Below, in pieces: positions 60,268 to 64,000 of a DNA stretch of 64,000 bases. Both the position numbers and the translations under genes were made by a program. Numbering within the stretch: position 1 is the first letter of the stretch; each line of letters begins with the position of its first letter. The notes under the pieces are model-generated. The model searched no databases. It saw nothing but the letters and a program-made list of their open reading frames with translations, and was not told the DNA's origin. The DNA lies in assembly GCA_963786935.1 (NCBI GenBank), contig CAWBAN010000001.1, forward strand, positions 992,001 to 1,056,000, read 5' to 3'. This stretch comes from an uncultured bacterium. Lineage in GTDB: Bacteria; Krumholzibacteriota; Krumholzibacteriia; Krumholzibacteriales; Krumholzibacteriaceae.

Positions 60268-62019
60268 TCAGACGTCGATGTAGCCTTTGAGCTTCCTGCT
60301 CCGGCTCGGATGCATGAGCTTGCGCAGCGCCTTCGCCTCGATCTGCCGCACGCGCTCGCGCGTCACGCTGAATATCGTACCGACCTCCTCGAGCGTGCGG
60401 GGCGTGCCGTCGCCGAGCCCGAACCGCAGACGGACGACCTTCTCCTCCCGCTTCGTGAGGGTCGCGAGCACCCGCGAGACCTGGTCGCGGAGCATCGCGT
60501 GGGCGGCGGACTGATCGGGCGCCGAAGCCGAGGTGTCCTCGATGAAATCGCTCAGATTCGAGTCGTCGTCCTCGCCGATCGGCCGGTCGAGCGAAATCGG
60601 CTCGATGCTCGCCTTCATGACGCTCTTCACCTTGCCGACCGGATAGTTGAGCCGCCGCGCCACTTCCTCGGGGGTCGGCTCGCGGCCGAACTCCTGGACG
60701 AGCTTCCGCTGCGTGCGCGATACTTTATTGATCGCCTCGATCATGTGGACGGGCACGCGGATCGTGCGCGCCTGATCGGCGATCGCGCGCGTGATCGCCT
60801 GCCGGATCCACCACGTCGCGTACGTGCTGAACTTGTAGCCCTTGCGGTAATCGAACTTGTCGACCGCGCGCATGAGCCCGCTGTTCCCCTCCTGGATGAG
60901 ATCGAGGAACTCGAGCCCGCGGTTCGTGTAACGCTTCGCGATGGAGATCACGAGGCGGACGTTCGCCTCGATCATCTCCTGCTTCGCCCGCTGGGAGCCG
61001 CGCTCACCCTCCCTGATGTCCTGCACGATCTTCTTGAGCTGATCGTAGTGCACGTTCTCCTTGCTCTCGATATGATGAATCGCGCGCTCGATCTCCTTGA
61101 AACGGTCGGTGAAGCCCCTGAGCTCGTGCGGCGTCCATTTCAGTTTCTTCTTGAGCGCCAGCTTCTCCTTCGTGTTGCCGCCGGCGAGAATCTTCATCGC
61201 GCGTTCGACGCTCTCGTGGTTCATCCCGACGAATTTCTCGTACTCGTGGACCTGCTTCTTGTGCTGCTCGATCCGCTTGAGAACTTCCTTGATCTTCTCG
61301 ACGAGCCGCTCCATCTGCACCGGGTTGAGCTTGATCTTCCGGTACTCCTCCTGGAGCTTCCGCGTGCGCATGTCGATCTGCTTCTGGATCGGCGCGGCGG
61401 CGGTCGCCTGATGCTTCTTCTTGAGCTTCGCCTCGAGCTCGACGATCTCCTCGCGGAGCTTGATGATCCGTTTCAGGATGCCGACGTACTTCTTGAGCTC
61501 CTTGCGGCCGGAGAGGTGCGGGTGCAATCCGCCCGTCTCGACCTGCACGAGATCCTCGAGGCGCAGGGTCCCCTTCTCGAGCCGGTCGACGTAGCGCTTG
61601 AGCTCCTTCGTCGTCGCGTTGAGCTTGAACACCGCCTGGAAGATCGTCAGATGCCCGTCCTCGATGCGTTTGGCGATCTCGATTTCCCCCTCGCGGTTGA
61701 GCAGCGGCACCTTCCCCATCTCCCGAAGGTACATGCGGACCGGGTCGTCGAAGCGCACGCTCGTGTTCAGGTTCTCCTCGGACTTCTTCGCTTCCTTCTG
61801 CTCACGTTTCTTGCGGGCCTCGATCTTGAGGAGCGCCTTCTCGCGGGAATCGAAGAATTCGATGTTCTCGTCGCTCAACCGGTCGTAGAGCTCGATAATC
61901 TCGTCCGGGTCGAATCCCGCGCCGACGAGCTCCTCGATCTCCTCGTTGAGGACGTAGCCCTTGTCCTCCGAGACTTTCTTTATCTCCAGCAGAATCTCTT
62001 CAATCCTGTCGATTTCCAT
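60268..62019 (-). CDS. rpoD: RNA polymerase primary sigma factor RpoD
   Basis: [40 protein letters not shown]. Confidence 0.97.
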   Translation of the reverse strand: MEIDRIEEILLEIKKVSEDKGYVLNEEIEELVGAGFDPDEIIELYDRLSDENIEFFDSREKALLKIEARKKREQKEAKKSEENLNTSVRFDDPVRMYLREMGKVPLLNREGEIEIAKRIEDGHLTIFQAVFKLNATTKELKRYVDRLEKGTLRLEDLVQVETGGLHPHLSGRKELKKYVGILKRIIKLREEIVELEAKLKKKHQATAAAPIQKQIDMRTRKLQEEYRKIKLNPVQMERLVEKIKEVLKRIEQHKKQVHEYEKFVGMNHESVERAMKILAGGNTKEKLALKKKLKWTPHELRGFTDRFKEIERAIHHIESKENVHYDQLKKIVQDIREGERGSQRAKQEMIEANVRLVISIAKRYTNRGLEFLDLIQEGNSGLMRAVDKFDYRKGYKFSTYATWWIRQAITRAIADQARTIRVPVHMIEAINKVSRTQRKLVQEFGREPTPEEVARRLNYPVGKVKSVMKASIEPISLDRPIGEDDDSNLSDFIEDTSASAPDQSAAHAMLRDQVSRVLATLTKREEKVVRLRFGLGDGTPRTLEEVGTIFSVTRERVRQIEAKALRKLMHPSRSRKLKGYIDV

Positions 62020-63793
62020 CAATCCGGATTTCCTCCTTGAGATCTGCGCTCTTTGAGCCGTCGCGAAAGATCCTGATACGCCTTCGTGATCTCGCGGATC
62101 TCGCGGTCCGCGTCCGCCCCGCGCTCGCCCTCGAGCGCTTTCAGGCGTTTTTTCATGAGATCGAGCTCTTCCTTGAGAGCTTCCTTCTTGAGCCAGATGA
62201 GCGTATCTGCCAGGTATTGCTCCTGAGGCCCCGGCGGCAGCGGCAGGAGCGCGATCTCCGATGCCAGCATGCTCAGCTCCGGGTTCTCGATGCCTCCCGT
62301 GAAGGCGGAGCTCCTAATATCAATATTGTTTTTCAGGGCCGAGTCAAGGGCTTTGTAATAGTCCATGAAACGAGTTCCCTCAAGGTCTCCGATGTCGAGG
62401 TCATCGAGTATCATCCGCGCGTACCGCTCGTCCTCGAGCCCGATCCTGAAGAGCAATTTCTGGTGCCGCTGCCGCAGGTTCTCCGCCTCGGGAGACCGCT
62501 CCGGCGCCTTCTCGGCCCGAACGCGAGTCGTGAGCCCCGATCGAAGCGCGCCCACGGGCACCTCGAACAGGCTCGAGATCTCCTGCACGTAGAGATCCTG
62601 CCGCACCCGGTCCGTCACCGAGGAAACGGACCCCAGGAGATGCTTGAGCACCTGATTCTTGCGGTACGTCGTCCTGCTGCCGCTGAGCGCCTCCTGCTTC
62701 AAGAACGCAAAATAATGAGGAGCAGAGCGCATGAAACCGCGCAATTCATCTGCTCCCCTTTTTCTTACGAAACTATCAGGATCTTCCCCTTCAGGAAGCA
62801 CCACGACATTGGAATCGAGCCCCACGACCAGGAGCTCATCCGCGGCCCTCACCGACGCCCGGATTCCCGCCCGGTCGCCATCATTGATAATATATACATG
62901 ATTGGCGTATCGTGCAAGGAGTCGACCCTGATCCTGCGTAAAAGATGTGCCGCATACGGCGCAGACATTGTTGAATCCATTCTTCCACAACATGAGATAA
63001 TCCATGTAACCTTCAACTATAATAGCATTTCCACTCTTTCGTATTCCTTCTTTCGAGTGGTTGAGCCCGTAAAGCATTTTGCCCTTGTAATATATGGGGC
63101 TTTCCATGGTGTTCAGGTATTTCGGCTCGGAATCGTCCAGGACACGCCCGGCGAGCCCGACGACGCGGTTCGGGAGGGACTCGATCGGGAAGACGACCCT
63201 GTTCCTGAAATAGTCCCGGTAGCCGCTCCCCCCCTGCTCTTCATGACGAGGTTGAGCTCGAGGAGGATGTCCCGGGAGATGCCCGCATCCATGGCCGAGC
63301 GGTAGAGCGCGTCCCAGAGCGCGGGCGCGAATCCGAGAGAGAACTCCTTCACGATGTCGGCGCCGAGCTCCCGGCGCTCCAGATAACGGCGCGCCGCCTC
63401 CGCGCCGCCGTCCTCCGTGAGCATCCGGGCGTAGAACCGCGCGGCGAAATCCATCGCCCGGTAGTACGGCTCGAGCTTCTCCCTGCGGTCTCCCCCGGCG
63501 GCGTACCGGTCGACGTCGATGCCGAGATCCTTGGCGAGGCGCGAAACCGCCTCGAGAAAGCCGACTCCCTCGTACTCCATGAGAAAATGGAACGCGTTCC
63601 CACCCTTGCCGCAGCCGAAGCAGTGGTAGATCTGCTTCTCGGGATTCACCGTGAAGCTCGGCGTCTTCTCCCCGTGAAACGGGCAGAGCGCCTTGTAGTT
63701 CCGGCCGGCCTTCTTCAGATCGATGAACGAGCCGACCAGCTGCACGATGTCGGTGCGTTCCCGGATTTCCTCGATGACCTTCTGTGGAATCAT
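62019..63793 (-). CDS. dnaG: DNA primase (frameshift at a G7 run ~63228-63234, probably a sequencing error)
   Basis: [15 protein letters not shown] zinc finger; one extra G restores [16 protein letters not shown] and joins the Toprim part (VEGYMD, DGDRAG, DPD). Confidence 0.92.
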
Positions 63794-63812
63794 GCGCCTG
63801 CCTCGCGGTCGC

Positions 63813-64000
63813 CTATCGGAGGTCGACGATCGCCACGCCGTCCCCGCCGTGCGCCGGCTCGCCGGGGCGCACGGACGAAACGCGCGGATCCTTCCTGAGC
63901 ATGTCGTAGAGCGCCCGCTTCAGGATGCCCCTGCCGATGCCGTGGATGACGGTCACCGTTCTGAGCCCCTGGAGCACGGCGCGATCGAGAAACGCGTCCA
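63813..64000 (-). CDS. Smr domain, probable 3' end of a MutS2 gene (partial)
   Basis: Manual translation DAFLDRAVLQGLRTVTVIHGIGRGILKR...GGDGVAIVDLR*. Confidence 0.85.
   Translation of the reverse strand, partial: DAFLDRAVLQGLRTVTVIHGIGRGILKRALYDMLRKDPRVSSVRPGEPAHGGDGVAIVDLR

Noticed and set aside
62019..63793. dnaG pseudogene or programmed frameshift
   Set aside because: Essential gene with all motifs intact; a single-base loss in a G homopolymer is best explained as sequencing error.

Overview
High-GC bacterial chromosome segment from a diderm organism (Omp85/TamB genes; C-terminal SWGxIKxxYR motifs suggest a Krumholzibacteriota/Latescibacterota/Eisenbacteria-like lineage, which is inference only). 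The main result is an apparently uncharacterised RiPP gene cluster on the minus strand at 5839-15605. It contains a 44-aa precursor missed by the ORF track (8061-8195, MSKEKIMEALRNEELKKKLLEELEVEELEERVA-TRPWLCYMPVP) with its own sigma70-like promoter, two radical SAM/SPASM enzymes, three cobalamin-dependent radical SAM enzymes, a TPR protein and an RRE-like/M50 peptidase/HlyD fusion. The cluster sits between two B12-dependent acyl-CoA mutase modules: pccB-mcmA-mce on the left and cobO-meaB-icmA-icmB-thiolase-hbd-corA on the right. The rest is mostly housekeeping: a Cys-rich histidine kinase, two secreted proteins sharing a C-terminal motif, an ECF sigma/anti-sigma pair with twin divergent promoters, gatCAB, pcrA, Omp85-tamB-tamA, rseP-dxr-cdsA-uppS-frr-pyrH-tsf-rpsB-rpsI-rplM, mtnA, maf, dtd, recJ, rnpB, RNase HI, a zinc-ribbon protein preceded by a candidate attenuator, tRNA-Ile2(CAT), rpoD, dnaG and the 3' end of an Smr/MutS2 gene. 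Two frameshifts, both a single missing base in a G7 run (one in essential dnaG), are probably sequencing errors. All calls come from reading motifs by eye; no database searches were run.
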